From the NCBI GenBank assembly GCA_017462565.1, contig JAFTQW010000015.1:16109-80108 (forward strand): 64,000 nt of DNA, given 5' to 3'. This document shows positions 31,314 through 40,644 of this stretch, piece by piece. The stretch's first letter is position 1; each line of letters starts with the position of its first letter. This stretch comes from Ruminococcus sp. (GTDB lineage Bacteria; Bacillota; Clostridia; Oscillospirales; Ruminococcaceae). The notes beneath the pieces are model-generated. The model saw only the letters and a program-made list of their open reading frames with translations. It was not told the DNA's origin and searched no databases. A program made the translations under genes and the position numbers.

Positions 31314-32045
31314 TCAGTTCTCCTTACCAATAGCGTTTCTGAGCGCTCTCAGTTCGTCTGCGGTTAGCTCACGATAGCTTCCCGGTTTAAGCATTCCCAG
31401 TTTCAGCGGACCTATACTGATTCGGCGCAGACGTGCAACCTCCAGTCCGACAGCTTCGCACATTTTTCTTATCTGACGATTTCTGCCCTCTTTAATAGTG
31501 ATAAGAATAACGACTCTTCCCGCTTCTTTATCCTTGACGACAACGCTTGCCGGAAGAGTTTTCTTTCCGTCAATAACAACTCCCTCCGACAAAGCTACAA
31601 GCTGATCGTCATTTATGTCCGGACGAACTGTAACACGGTATGTTTTTGAAATATGACGGCTTGGATGCATAATGCTGTTTGCAAATTCGCCGTCGTTGGT
31701 GAAGAGGAGAAGTCCCTCAGAATTTCGGTCGAGACGTCCAACGGGATAAACTCTCTCCTCAACATCTTCAAGCAGATCCATAACGCAGCGTCTGTCAAGC
31801 TCATCCGAAACGGTTGTAACGTATCCTCTCGGCTTATTCATCATTATATAAATGAAATTCTTTTTTTTCGGTATCATTATGCGTTCGCCGTCTATCGTGA
31901 TAAGATCTTTATATCCGCACTTGTCGCCGAGCTTAACAGGATGACCGTTTATCTTTACTCTGCCCTGGGAGATCATCTGCTCTGCCTTTCTTCTTGAACA
32001 TACGCCGCTGTCGGCAATCATTTTCTGAATTCTTATTTTTTCCAC
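31314..32045 (-). CDS. rluB: rRNA pseudouridine synthase, RsuA/RluB family
   Basis: S4 domain (RIQKMIADSGVCSRRKAEQMI) and catalytic VGRLDRNSEGLLLFTNDG. Confidence 0.9.
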   Translation of the reverse strand: MEKIRIQKMIADSGVCSRRKAEQMISQGRVKINGHPVKLGDKCGYKDLITIDGERIMIPKKKNFIYIMMNKPRGYVTTVSDELDRRCVMDLLEDVEERVYPVGRLDRNSEGLLLFTNDGEFANSIMHPSRHISKTYRVTVRPDINDDQLVALSEGVVIDGKKTLPASVVVKDKEAGRVVILITIKEGRNRQIRKMCEAVGLEVARLRRISIGPLKLGMLKPGSYRELTADELRALRNAIGKEN

Positions 32046-32062
32046 TTTATCAACCTTTTCTA

Positions 32063-33226
32063 TCAGGAAAAATATTTTCCAATTTTTGTAATAAATTTTT
32101 CAAACCAATTTTTTTCATCTTTTTCACAAGAACTCTCGATCTGCTTAACGTCTGCCTCTTCAGCGGAATACAGAGGAATTCTCCGTACTTCTCTGCCCTT
32201 GAAGCTTATTTTAAGCTCGGCAAGCTCTTCGCCCTTTTCAACGGGAGCATATACAAAGGGAGATGCGACAATCTGAATTTCAAAATCCTCCTGCGATGCA
32301 GCAAGAGTAGTTATATTTATAGGCTCGTCTCCGGCTGTAACAGTAATTTTGTCGTTTTCGCCTCCGGCAAGCTCAAGCTCAAAAAGCTCCGGTATTTTCA
32401 GTTCAAGATTATGTGCCGCTTCAAAACCGTAATCATACATTGCCGCATGATCGCTCCAGTCGTTCCGGTCGTTAAGAGTAACGCAGATGAGATTAAGTCC
32501 GTCCCGTTCACACGAAGAAACGAGACATCTTCCCGCTTCGTCCGTGAAGCCGGTTTTTACTCCGTAAACTCCGTCGTACATATTCAGGAGCTTATTTGTA
32601 TTTTTCAGCCAGCGTCTGTAAGGAGGATTGCCGAATTCAAGCTCTATGCTCGATTGAGAACAGATATCACGGAAAATCTCGTTTTTCAAAGCTTCTCTTG
32701 CAAGCATAGCCATATCGCAGGCAGAAGAACCGTGCCCCTCGCCTTCAAGTCCTGACGGAGTAACAAAAAAAGTTCTCGAAAGCCCTAATTCCTTTGCTTT
32801 ATCGTTCATAAGAACGGCAAAATTTTCTATACTTCCGGCAATTTTTACGGCAGCAGCATTTGCAGCGTCATTTCCGGATGGAAGAAGCATTCCGCAGCAA
32901 AGAGCATATTTGGTAACGATATCGCCCTCTTGGAGTCCCATTGAAGAGCCTTCAACCTTTATCGCATCGCTGTCCACGATAAATTCGTCATATAGATCGC
33001 CGCTTTCGAGGCAAAGCAAAGTGGTCATAATTTTAGTGGTGCTTGCCATAGGAAGCTTCTGAGAACTGTTGGATTCAAAAATTATTTCTCCGGTATCAGC
33101 CGAAATCAGAACAGCTCCTTTAGCGGTAATTTCCGGTTTTTCCGCCGAATTTGCATAAAAACCTCCAAGCGGAAGCGTTTTCAAAAGAATAAACGCCGCC
33201 GCAAATGAAACGCAAAGCTTTTTCAT
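32063..33226 (-). CDS. D-alanyl-D-alanine carboxypeptidase (PBP5-type, S11)
   Basis: Signal peptide, SxxK (ASTTK), SGN (PSGND), KTG (KTGFT), and a C-terminal beta-sandwich domain. Confidence 0.88.
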   Translation of the reverse strand: MKKLCVSFAAAFILLKTLPLGGFYANSAEKPEITAKGAVLISADTGEIIFESNSSQKLPMASTTKIMTTLLCLESGDLYDEFIVDSDAIKVEGSSMGLQEGDIVTKYALCCGMLLPSGNDAANAAAVKIAGSIENFAVLMNDKAKELGLSRTFFVTPSGLEGEGHGSSACDMAMLAREALKNEIFRDICSQSSIELEFGNPPYRRWLKNTNKLLNMYDGVYGVKTGFTDEAGRCLVSSCERDGLNLICVTLNDRNDWSDHAAMYDYGFEAAHNLELKIPELFELELAGGENDKITVTAGDEPINITTLAASQEDFEIQIVASPFVYAPVEKGEELAELKISFKGREVRRIPLYSAEEADVKQIESSCEKDEKNWFEKFITKIGKYFS

Positions 33227-33313
33227 TCTTAAACCTCCGTAACAACGGTGCAGACCTGCACCCGATTTGTTACAGAATATGCAGATTTATGCTGTTTTAT
33301 GATTTTTTTTGGA

Positions 33314-33715
33314 TTATTCCTCAGAGGATTCTTCACCGGATTTTTTCTTGCCGATAAAACCTGATACTTTGTCTATAATTCCGGGAACTTTTTCGATAGC
33401 AGTGCTTATCGGATCGCTTGAAACAGTCATGGGAACCATTTTTGCCGTTCCGTCAGGAGAAACAACGAGAAAGCCCTCCGGCTTTATAGAAACTCCGGCG
33501 CCTGCGCCTCCGCCGAAAAGGTTTTTGTCATATTTAGACGGAAGATCAGAACCGCCTGAAGCAAATCCGTAAGAAACCTTTGAAATAGGAATTATCGTTG
33601 TACCGTCGTCAAGCTTGATAGGTTCGCCGATAATAGCGTTTACATCCGCCATTTCCTTAACCTTTTCCATCGATATTCCTAAAAGCTCGCTGACTGATGT
33701 TTTACCTGTATTCAT
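33314..33715 (-). CDS. ytfJ: Sporulation protein YtfJ (GerW family)
   Basis: VNAIIGEPIKLDDGTTIIPISKVSYGFASGGSD... and GGGAGAGVSIKP are typical of YtfJ/GerW. Confidence 0.85.
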   Translation of the reverse strand: MNTGKTSVSELLGISMEKVKEMADVNAIIGEPIKLDDGTTIIPISKVSYGFASGGSDLPSKYDKNLFGGGAGAGVSIKPEGFLVVSPDGTAKMVPMTVSSDPISTAIEKVPGIIDKVSGFIGKKKSGEESSEE

Positions 33716-33736
33716 ATTATAAACCTCGCTTCTGTA

Positions 33737-34633
33737 TTATTTCTGCTTTTGGGCAGATTTTTTTAGTTTAATTTTATTTGGAAGAAATACTCTGAAAATA
33801 TATGTTATCAGGAACCATACACCTGCTATAACAAATGTGCCAAGTCTTAAACTAAGCCTGAACGAAATATCCCAGCGGCTCTTGTTCAAACCAAATCCGG
33901 GCTGTATATCGACAGTTTTCAGCCTTATCGTGAAAAGACGGCTCATCTGTGCAAGAATCCTGTAAAACGCTGCGCTGATTCTTCCGTAATTCAATGCGCA
34001 TTTATATGCGTCCTCGTTTGCAATCACAAAATCGACGTAAAAATCGCTGAATTTAAATCCCTTGAAGATCTTGTGAACAGGTCTTTTGGCGCTGTTCCAT
34101 ATATCAAGTAGCTTATTAAATTTCTTTTCAAGCGAATCTTTTTCTTCGTTGTCGGCATACGATTTTTTTGTTTTTTTCCTTTTTGAAGTTTTTTCCGATC
34201 TCTCTTTTATTTCCGGAACAGAATCATCCGTTTCCTTCTCTTCAGACAAAGAGGTCTGCGATTCTGCATCATCCGTTTCATCTTCAAATTCTGACTCCAT
34301 TCCGTCGGAATCATCGGGTATCGCAGTAGTTTCCGCAGATTCAGAAGATTCGGATAATTCATTTTCTTCCAGATCTCTTTCAATTAAAACAGATTCCGGC
34401 TTCTGAGCTCTCTTTTTTGGCGGCTTAACTTTTTTTCGTGATTTTTTTCTTTTGAGCCAATTAAACACTCCGCCTCCGTCAGAATCCATAATATTTATTA
34501 CCCAAAGATTTACTCTGTATTTCAGTTTGCCGTCAATATAACTCAGCTCTCCGCCCATTGGAATAATTAAAATCAGAAGAATTATTCCCAAAACGGCGAG
34601 GAGAATAATTAATAATATTTTTAAAACAATCAT
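33737..34633 (-). CDS. DUF2953-like (YtfI-like) membrane protein with an acidic low-complexity insert
   Basis: N-terminal TM helix, Glu/Ser/Asp-rich middle, and a position immediately upstream of ytfJ, as in other spore formers. Confidence 0.55.
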   Translation of the reverse strand: MIVLKILLIILLAVLGIILLILIIPMGGELSYIDGKLKYRVNLWVINIMDSDGGGVFNWLKRKKSRKKVKPPKKRAQKPESVLIERDLEENELSESSESAETTAIPDDSDGMESEFEDETDDAESQTSLSEEKETDDSVPEIKERSEKTSKRKKTKKSYADNEEKDSLEKKFNKLLDIWNSAKRPVHKIFKGFKFSDFYVDFVIANEDAYKCALNYGRISAAFYRILAQMSRLFTIRLKTVDIQPGFGLNKSRWDISFRLSLRLGTFVIAGVWFLITYIFRVFLPNKIKLKKSAQKQK

Positions 34634-34661
34634 TTCCCGCCGCTCCTTTCATAATGGCAAT

Positions 34662-35219
34662 TTAAATCATTTCATCAATTACAAGCTGTTTTTCTTCGGA
34701 AATACCGCTGCTTGCTGCGAGAGGCGGAAGTTCTGAAACGGAGCTTAAACCAAAGCTCCTCAGAAAAACTGCCGTTGTACGGTAAACAAGCGGTTTTCCT
34801 GGAATATCAAGCCGTCCGGCTTCCTCAATAAGACCTTTTTCAATAAGATTATTTATAACCGACGAACTGTCTATTCCTCTTACATTTTCAACAAAGCCCT
34901 TTGAAACGGGCTGATTATAGGCAATTATCGTAAGCGTTTCCATGGCTGCATTTGAAAGAGGAGCGGAACGTTTGGTTTCAAGAGCGGCACGTATCTGCGG
35001 GGCAAATTCACTTCGTGTACACATCTGGTAACTGCTGTCGAACTTTTTTATACAGATGCCGCTTCCGCAGTCGTCATAACGTTCGTTGAGAAGCTTTATC
35101 ATTGCGGACAGAGAACCGACTTCGATTCCGCAGGCTTCCGAGATACGATATGTTTCAACCGGTTCTCCGCTTGCGAAAAGAACCGCCTCTATTGCTCCGA
35201 GTTTCTCTTTGATGTCCAA
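34662..35219 (-). CDS. scpB: Segregation and condensation protein B
   Basis: IEAVLFASGEPV, TIIAYNQPVSKGFVENVRGIDSS, GKPLVYRTT. Confidence 0.92.
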   Translation of the reverse strand: MDIKEKLGAIEAVLFASGEPVETYRISEACGIEVGSLSAMIKLLNERYDDCGSGICIKKFDSSYQMCTRSEFAPQIRAALETKRSAPLSNAAMETLTIIAYNQPVSKGFVENVRGIDSSSVINNLIEKGLIEEAGRLDIPGKPLVYRTTAVFLRSFGLSSVSELPPLAASSGISEEKQLVIDEMI

Positions 35220-35944
35220 GTTTTCTTCACTCCGTTCCTTCTTCCTTTAAAAAATACAATCATATTGTCATCGCTGATAGATATCCGTCCCGATTTTGTA
35301 AGCTCAAGAACAGCAAGAAAGGTCGCAACTCTTGCCGAACGCTCGGTAACGCCCTCGTAAAGCTTGTCCATGTAAACCTCTCCTGTTGAATAAAGCTCCC
35401 TTAAGATATGAACCACTTTCGACATAACGGATACTATTCTTCTTTTTACAACAGAATTGATTTTGTTTTCAACTTTCTGCTTTGTCATTTCAGTTTTGAC
35501 ATTTTTAAAAGAAATGGCTCTGTAAGCCTCGGCAAGCCTTTCAGCTTCGTGGACGAGGGTATAGGTCATATCAGATTTTATCTTCATTGGCTTTCTGACG
35601 AAAATATTTCCGCCAACGTAAGATTCAGCCAACTTTGCCGCAGCAATTTTGCAGAGGGAATACTCAATAAGCGTTCCCTCCAGCTCTTTTTTCATCTGTT
35701 CGGCAACCTCAGGCTGAGGAAGAAGCGACGCTGTTTTGATATAGATAAGCCTTGCCGCCATTTCAAGAAACTCTCCGGCAAGCTCTAAATTCTGTTCATG
35801 CGCTTCATTGATATACAAAAGATACTGTTCAAGAAGCTTTGATATTTCGATATCGCAGATATCAAGTTTATGCTTTGAAATAAGGTTAAGGAGCAGATCA
35901 AGAGGTCCTTCAAAAACCTCAAGTTTGAATGAAATGGTTTCCAT
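35189..35944 (-). CDS. scpA: Segregation and condensation protein A
   Basis: FEGPLDLLLNLISKHKLDICDIEISKL kleisin N-terminus. Overlaps scpB. Confidence 0.92.
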   Translation of the reverse strand: METISFKLEVFEGPLDLLLNLISKHKLDICDIEISKLLEQYLLYINEAHEQNLELAGEFLEMAARLIYIKTASLLPQPEVAEQMKKELEGTLIEYSLCKIAAAKLAESYVGGNIFVRKPMKIKSDMTYTLVHEAERLAEAYRAISFKNVKTEMTKQKVENKINSVVKRRIVSVMSKVVHILRELYSTGEVYMDKLYEGVTERSARVATFLAVLELTKSGRISISDDNMIVFFKGRRNGVKKTWTSKRNSEQ

Positions 35945-35954
35945 TATCTGCCTC

Positions 35955-36635
35955 TTACTTAGTATAAACCGGAATCCATGAAACCGATTTCCAGATAAGA
36001 TCGCTTATAAAGCTTCTTGCATAGTAAAGAGGATTATACTGTGCAGGGATATAACTCAAACCAACGATAACAATGAGAAAACCAATCTGTATCTCTCTCT
36101 GATGCATATAAAACCAACGGTCGAATTTCTCGCTTGTGAAATAACGGAGCACGTTGAATCCGTCAAGCGGAGGAAGCGGAATAAGGTTGAATATCGCAAG
36201 TCCGACATTTACTTCGACCAGATAGATCATAAGCAGCAAAACGCAGAACACAGGAGTTATCTCATAGGTGTGAAGAGCATTATACCCTGCTTCCGTTGCC
36301 CTGATCACGCTGTATATAACGGCTGCTGCAAATGCTGCGAGCAAATTTGAAACAGGGCCGGCAAGCGCCGTAAGAGCGATTCCGGCACGGTACTTTTTCA
36401 TTCTCATAGGATTTATCGGAACAGGCTTTGCCCAGCCGAATCCCGTTAAAACTATCAGCAGCGAACCGATAGGATCAAGATGCGCAAACGGATTAACTGT
36501 TAATCTTCCCTGTCTTGCGGCAGTATCGTCTCCGAATCGATACGCAACAAAAGCGTGAGCCGCCTCGTGAAGCGGAAGGACGAGAAGAAGCGTTACGATT
36601 CGTGAGAAATATTTAAGAAAAAATTCAATATCCAT
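35955..36635 (-). CDS. Site-2 protease family (M50) membrane metalloprotease
   Basis: HEAAHAF zinc motif in the first TM region, NLIPLPPLDG motif, polytopic. Confidence 0.85.
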   Translation of the reverse strand: MDIEFFLKYFSRIVTLLLVLPLHEAAHAFVAYRFGDDTAARQGRLTVNPFAHLDPIGSLLIVLTGFGWAKPVPINPMRMKKYRAGIALTALAGPVSNLLAAFAAAVIYSVIRATEAGYNALHTYEITPVFCVLLLMIYLVEVNVGLAIFNLIPLPPLDGFNVLRYFTSEKFDRWFYMHQREIQIGFLIVIVGLSYIPAQYNPLYYARSFISDLIWKSVSWIPVYTK

Positions 36636-36783
36636 AATATCCCTTTCATTTCTTATTCATAGTTACATGAATATTATTATACTACATTTTCTCAGATATT
36701 TCAAGTAATATGTGAAAATTTTCATTTCCTCTTCATATAAAAATTAATTTTGAAAAAAATTTCCGTTTTTTTTAAAAAAACTC

Positions 36784-36812
36784 TTGCATTTTTTTTCAAG
36801 ATATGTTATAGT
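36784..36812 (+). promoter_or_regulatory. Sigma-A promoter of rpmB (TTGCAT-17-TATAGT)
   Basis: Hexamers at 36784-36789 and 36807-36812 with a 17-nt spacer. Confidence 0.55.
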
Positions 36813-36873
36813 ATTAATGTTGTAATTTTATAAGCAATGTTTCTATATGAATTTTTTAAGGAGGTGCAACCTA

Positions 36874-37059
36874 ATGGCAAAATGTGATATCTGCGGAAAG
36901 GGCGTAACTTTTGGAATTAAAGTTTCCCACTCACACAGACGTACAAACAGAACATGGAAGCCAAATGTAAAGCGTGTTAAGGCTATCGTCAAGGGTACTC
37001 CTTGTCATATCTACGCTTGCTCAAGATGCCTGCGTTCTGGTAAGGTTGAGAGAGCTTAA
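36874..37059 (+). CDS. rpmB: 50S ribosomal protein L28
   Basis: MAKCDICGKGVTFGIKVSHSHRRTNRTWKPNV. TAAGGAGG RBS 7 nt upstream of ATG 36874; the ORF track starts earlier, at 36847. Confidence 0.95.
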   Translation: MAKCDICGKGVTFGIKVSHSHRRTNRTWKPNVKRVKAIVKGTPCHIYACSRCLRSGKVERA

Positions 37060-37085
37060 TTTTAAGCATACATTCCGGAAATATC

Positions 37086-37115
37086 GAGTGTCCTTCGGGG
37101 ACGCTCTTTATTTTT
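37086..37115 (+). terminator. Terminator after rpmB
   Basis: GAGTGTCC-TTCG-GGGACGCTC hairpin followed by TTTATTTTT. Confidence 0.8.
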
Positions 37116-37131
37116 GCCTTATAGACGAATA

Positions 37132-37166
37132 AAATCAGTCCCCAGATATTTTCCGAGGACTGATTT
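37132..37166. terminator. Bidirectional hairpin terminator (serves the esterase gene on the minus strand)
   Basis: AAATCAGTCC / GGACTGATTT 10-bp stem with T-runs on both strands. Confidence 0.7.
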
Positions 37167-37188
37167 TTCAGATTATTAGAACAAGTTC

Positions 37189-40100
37189 TTACTTAACGTA
37201 TTTATCAAGACCGTCGATTTTCTGATCCTTAACAGCCTTTGCTACAAGTGCAGCAACATTATTTGCGCCCTCTTCACAGAAATGCGTTCCGTCCGTAGAG
37301 CCTTCTACCACTCCCATAAGATGATATTTAAGCGCGGAATCATAACCGATAGAGTTATAATGAGATACCATAAGAGAATTTAGATCAATGCACGGAATAT
37401 TATATTTTGCAGCAAGTTTTTTGCAGGCGTCACAGTAATTTGTGTAGCTTCCTGCAAACTTCCCGCCTGAATACGCTTTCATTCCGATAACAGTTGTTAC
37501 AAGAATCGGAGTTGCACCTTTTTCTGTTGTCGATTTAATAAACTGAGTTAAATACCATTCATAAGAGCCTTCTGACGGATTATCAACATTTCCGCATACC
37601 GGAGCATATCTCTCGGCATTGCTTGCAGCCGAATCATTGATAGCGAACTGTATCATTACATAATCGCCCTCTTTAAGGCTGTCGGCTATGGTTTGGAATC
37701 TTCCCTGATCGTAGAAACTCTTGGAGCTTCTTCCGGCGATTGCGTGATTTGAGACTGTAACGTTGTCTGCAAAATAATTCTGGAGGTAATATCCCCAGCC
37801 CTGCTGCGGAGCGTAGCTTGCTCTGTAGCTTTGAACCGTTGAATCTCCGGCAATGTAGATAACCGGCTTATCAGTTTCAATTAGAGGATCATCCTTGTTT
37901 GGATCATAGATCTCGGCGATAGGTTCATCGGTTTTCATGAGCGTAAGGCAGTCAAAGTTCGGACCGCCCCCGGCTGTTGCCGAAACAAGCTTAATAGTAT
38001 TCTTTCCTGCTTTCAGAGGCAGAACTATTCCTCTTTCACCCCATGCTGTCCAGCTTCCTGTTCCTGTAAACGGCTGCATCCAGTATTCCTGAGTGTTTCC
38101 GTTAACGAAAATTTTCATCTGTCTGTCAGCGTCAGTACCGTTTGCTACTCTGAATGTTACAAGATAATTTCCATCGGATTCAGCGTCAACAGTCCATGTG
38201 ATGCTGCTGTCAACAACATTATCAAGATTAACATAGCCGTCTTTAATAAAACCTGCGTTGCTTGACTCCTCAACGCCCAATTCCCATGTCTGATTAAGGG
38301 CGAAATAATATCCGGCAAAAATATCGGCTGTAGTTGTCGTAATTGGCTCTTCGGGAGGATAATACTCGATTTCCGGCAAAGTATCAAGCTCAAGTATACA
38401 GCGCTGAATAAAAAGCGCATCCTCATTGGTAATGCCGTCATTATTGACGATATCCGCATTAACAGCGCCTTGTGCAGTTAATCCCTTTGGCGCGCCAAGA
38501 CCGTAAACTCCGGGATTTGAAAGGCTTTGCATTATAAATACAGCGTCCGACATATCGACCTTTCCATCAACATTAACGTCGCCCGGATGCTTTTTTATAA
38601 CAAGGCTTGTTGAAGTCGTTGCAGTTGAAGTTGTGGCAGAAGTAGTGGTTGTTGTGGTGGTGGTAGTTGTAGTCGTCGTTGTTGTTACAGGAGGGTATTC
38701 AACAGCTTCCAGTATCCAGTTCTGACAGCTGTGTCCGTTAATTTCCCACTGCTGAACGTTTGCTCCGCTTGTTGTCATTGCGTTTACTATCTCAACAGCT
38801 CCCTTATCTTTAGAGCATCTTGAAACCATTGTATAGCTTCCGTCGGAATTCTCAAAAAATCTGAACCACTGTTCTCCGTTGTTAGTATTTGTATTCAAAG
38901 CAATATTTGCTCCGTTTTCAGCGCTTCCGGAATCAACATTGAGAAGATAAGTCGAACCGCCGTCAAGATATGTATATACCTCGTAATAATTATATCCCTT
39001 GTGTTTCAGCCGCCATGTGTTATGAGCGGCAGGCTCTGAAGCTCCCCACTGCTGAACATTTGCGCCCGTCTGAGCGGAAGCGTCGGCAACCTCCATATAA
39101 AGTCCGCTGTTTACATTGCGGAACATATATGTTTTGCTTGTATCCATCACAGCAGGTTCTTTTCCGATAGTTACAAGACCGGACATAAGCTCGGCAAGCT
39201 TCTGCGATCCGGTTTTACTTTGATGAAGATCATCGTCTGCGGCATAATAGGCTTCCATAGCGTCAAAGCCGACAGAAAGACCAAATTCCTGCCAAGGGGT
39301 GAAAAGATCAACGACCTGAACTCCCTGTTCCTGACCGATAGTATCAAGCTGACCGCCGAACCAGCGTCCGCCAAGCAGGGGATTGCGGTTAAGATCGCTT
39401 CTTCTTCCTTGCTGCTTAACAAGAATGACTTCCATGCCCTTAGCCTTTGTTTTCTTGACCATATCGGTAACTGTTTCATAATATTCTGTTGCATTTGAAT
39501 AATTGGTATCGTTGATACCTATTGAAATAATATAGTAATCGCCGGCTTTTCCATATGCTTCTATGGGAGCAAACTGTCCCGCATCAACAAAGCCTTTTGC
39601 ATACTGACCGCTCGCAGCCATATTTCTTACCTGATATCCGCTTTCGGAAATATAACTCCCGAAATACTGTCCCCAGCCGTGCTGAGCAGTATCGGGGGTA
39701 TTGTAATAATTTGCGACAGTTGAGTCGCCGCAGAGCCATACGGTCGGATTTGTTGTTCCGGTAGTGTTAAGCTGAGTTATTTCAAGCGTACTCAGCGTAA
39801 ACGGAGTATTTGCTCTTCCCTCTGTCGCCTGAATATTCAGCTGACCGTCGGTAACGGGAATCTGGAACGTTTCAACCGCATTATTTCCGGTCAGGTTCAT
39901 AAGCTGGAGCATTCCCTCCGCTTTTATGCTCGTTCTGGAGGTATTTCCCGTTGTAACTGTTATCTGATACAAGCCGTTGGGCAAATCAACGTTAAATGTA
40001 TTGCTGACGTCCGTACTAATAAACTGCACTGCGTCGCTGAGTGCGCCCGAACCTGCCGCATCAACATCCTTGACGCTGCCTGTTTGCGCAAAACCGTATC

Positions 40101-40302
40101 CCTTTCCGGAATCATATCCCTCGGAAGCGGAAACCCCTGTATATTCGCTTGCCGCACCCTTGCCTCCGAAATCAAATTTCCAGTTTGCAGAAGCCGCCTC
40201 AGCTCCTGAATTTTTCAAAGCTCCGGAAAAACCTATCCCGCTGAAAGCGGTAATTGAGAGTGCAAGTGAAGTTAAACCGCTCACTATTTTCTTTAGATTC
40301 AT
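37189..40302 (-). CDS. Secreted multidomain carbohydrate esterase: beta-sandwich + SGNH/GDSL (rhamnogalacturonan-acetylesterase-like) + ricin-type lectin + poly-Thr linker + type I dockerin + CBM-like module + second SGNH
   Basis: ATG 40302 follows GGAGG. Signal peptide present. Two GDS-containing SGNH blocks (LCGDSTVANY, YIAGDSTVQSY) with matching downstream INDxxxS-type blocks. QxW-type ricin repeats (QQWG, EQWF, QQWE). T16 linker. Dockerin duplicated Ca-binding segments DVNVDGKVDMSDAV and DIVNNDGITNEDAL. Confidence 0.8.
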   Translation of the reverse strand: MNLKKIVSGLTSLALSITAFSGIGFSGALKNSGAEAASANWKFDFGGKGAASEYTGVSASEGYDSGKGYGFAQTGSVKDVDAAGSGALSDAVQFISTDVSNTFNVDLPNGLYQITVTTGNTSRTSIKAEGMLQLMNLTGNNAVETFQIPVTDGQLNIQATEGRANTPFTLSTLEITQLNTTGTTNPTVWLCGDSTVANYYNTPDTAQHGWGQYFGSYISESGYQVRNMAASGQYAKGFVDAGQFAPIEAYGKAGDYYIISIGINDTNYSNATEYYETVTDMVKKTKAKGMEVILVKQQGRRSDLNRNPLLGGRWFGGQLDTIGQEQGVQVVDLFTPWQEFGLSVGFDAMEAYYAADDDLHQSKTGSQKLAELMSGLVTIGKEPAVMDTSKTYMFRNVNSGLYMEVADASAQTGANVQQWGASEPAAHNTWRLKHKGYNYYEVYTYLDGGSTYLLNVDSGSAENGANIALNTNTNNGEQWFRFFENSDGSYTMVSRCSKDKGAVEIVNAMTTSGANVQQWEINGHSCQNWILEAVEYPPVTTTTTTTTTTTTTTTSATTSTATTSTSLVIKKHPGDVNVDGKVDMSDAVFIMQSLSNPGVYGLGAPKGLTAQGAVNADIVNNDGITNEDALFIQRCILELDTLPEIEYYPPEEPITTTTADIFAGYYFALNQTWELGVEESSNAGFIKDGYVNLDNVVDSSITWTVDAESDGNYLVTFRVANGTDADRQMKIFVNGNTQEYWMQPFTGTGSWTAWGERGIVLPLKAGKNTIKLVSATAGGGPNFDCLTLMKTDEPIAEIYDPNKDDPLIETDKPVIYIAGDSTVQSYRASYAPQQGWGYYLQNYFADNVTVSNHAIAGRSSKSFYDQGRFQTIADSLKEGDYVMIQFAINDSAASNAERYAPVCGNVDNPSEGSYEWYLTQFIKSTTEKGATPILVTTVIGMKAYSGGKFAGSYTNYCDACKKLAAKYNIPCIDLNSLMVSHYNSIGYDSALKYHLMGVVEGSTDGTHFCEEGANNVAALVAKAVKDQKIDGLDKYVK

Positions 40303-40401
40303 AAGAAACCTCCAAATCAATGTAAATCAGAGTGTTTTTACATAAATCCGTTCTTGATATTGTAATGTAAAGACACTCTGTGTACTATTTATCTGATTTA
40401 A

Positions 40402-40430
40402 TTTTATCACAATTTATTATTGAAGTCAAT
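40402..40430 (-). promoter_or_regulatory. Sigma-A promoter of the esterase gene (TTGACT-17-TAAAAT, TG-extended)
   Basis: Minus-strand TTGACT (40430-40425), a 17-nt spacer ending in TGA, then TAAAAT (40407-40402). Confidence 0.55.
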
Positions 40431-40644
40431 AATTTTTTTATGAAGTTTTGAATCATTTTTATTACATTTTGCTCTATCTTTGCTTTTTACTATGCACAAT
40501 TATTTACTTTTAAAAAAATAAATGACTCAAAAATATACAGATAAAAAACTCAATATCATATTGTTTTATACGCAAACTTGTGGTATTATATTTATATAGA
40601 CCGATTTATTCGCTTCACAATTTAATAAAAGGAAATGTTACATA

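Noticed and set aside
31994-32755. 253-aa ORF on the plus strand
   Set aside because: It is antisense to the DD-carboxypeptidase gene and the start of rluB. It has no RBS or motif.
38606-38692. Repetitive GTT/GTG/GTA-rich DNA that looks like a tandem repeat
   Set aside because: It is the reverse complement of ACN codons and encodes the in-frame poly-Thr linker of the esterase. It is a coding low-complexity linker, not a CRISPR or satellite repeat.
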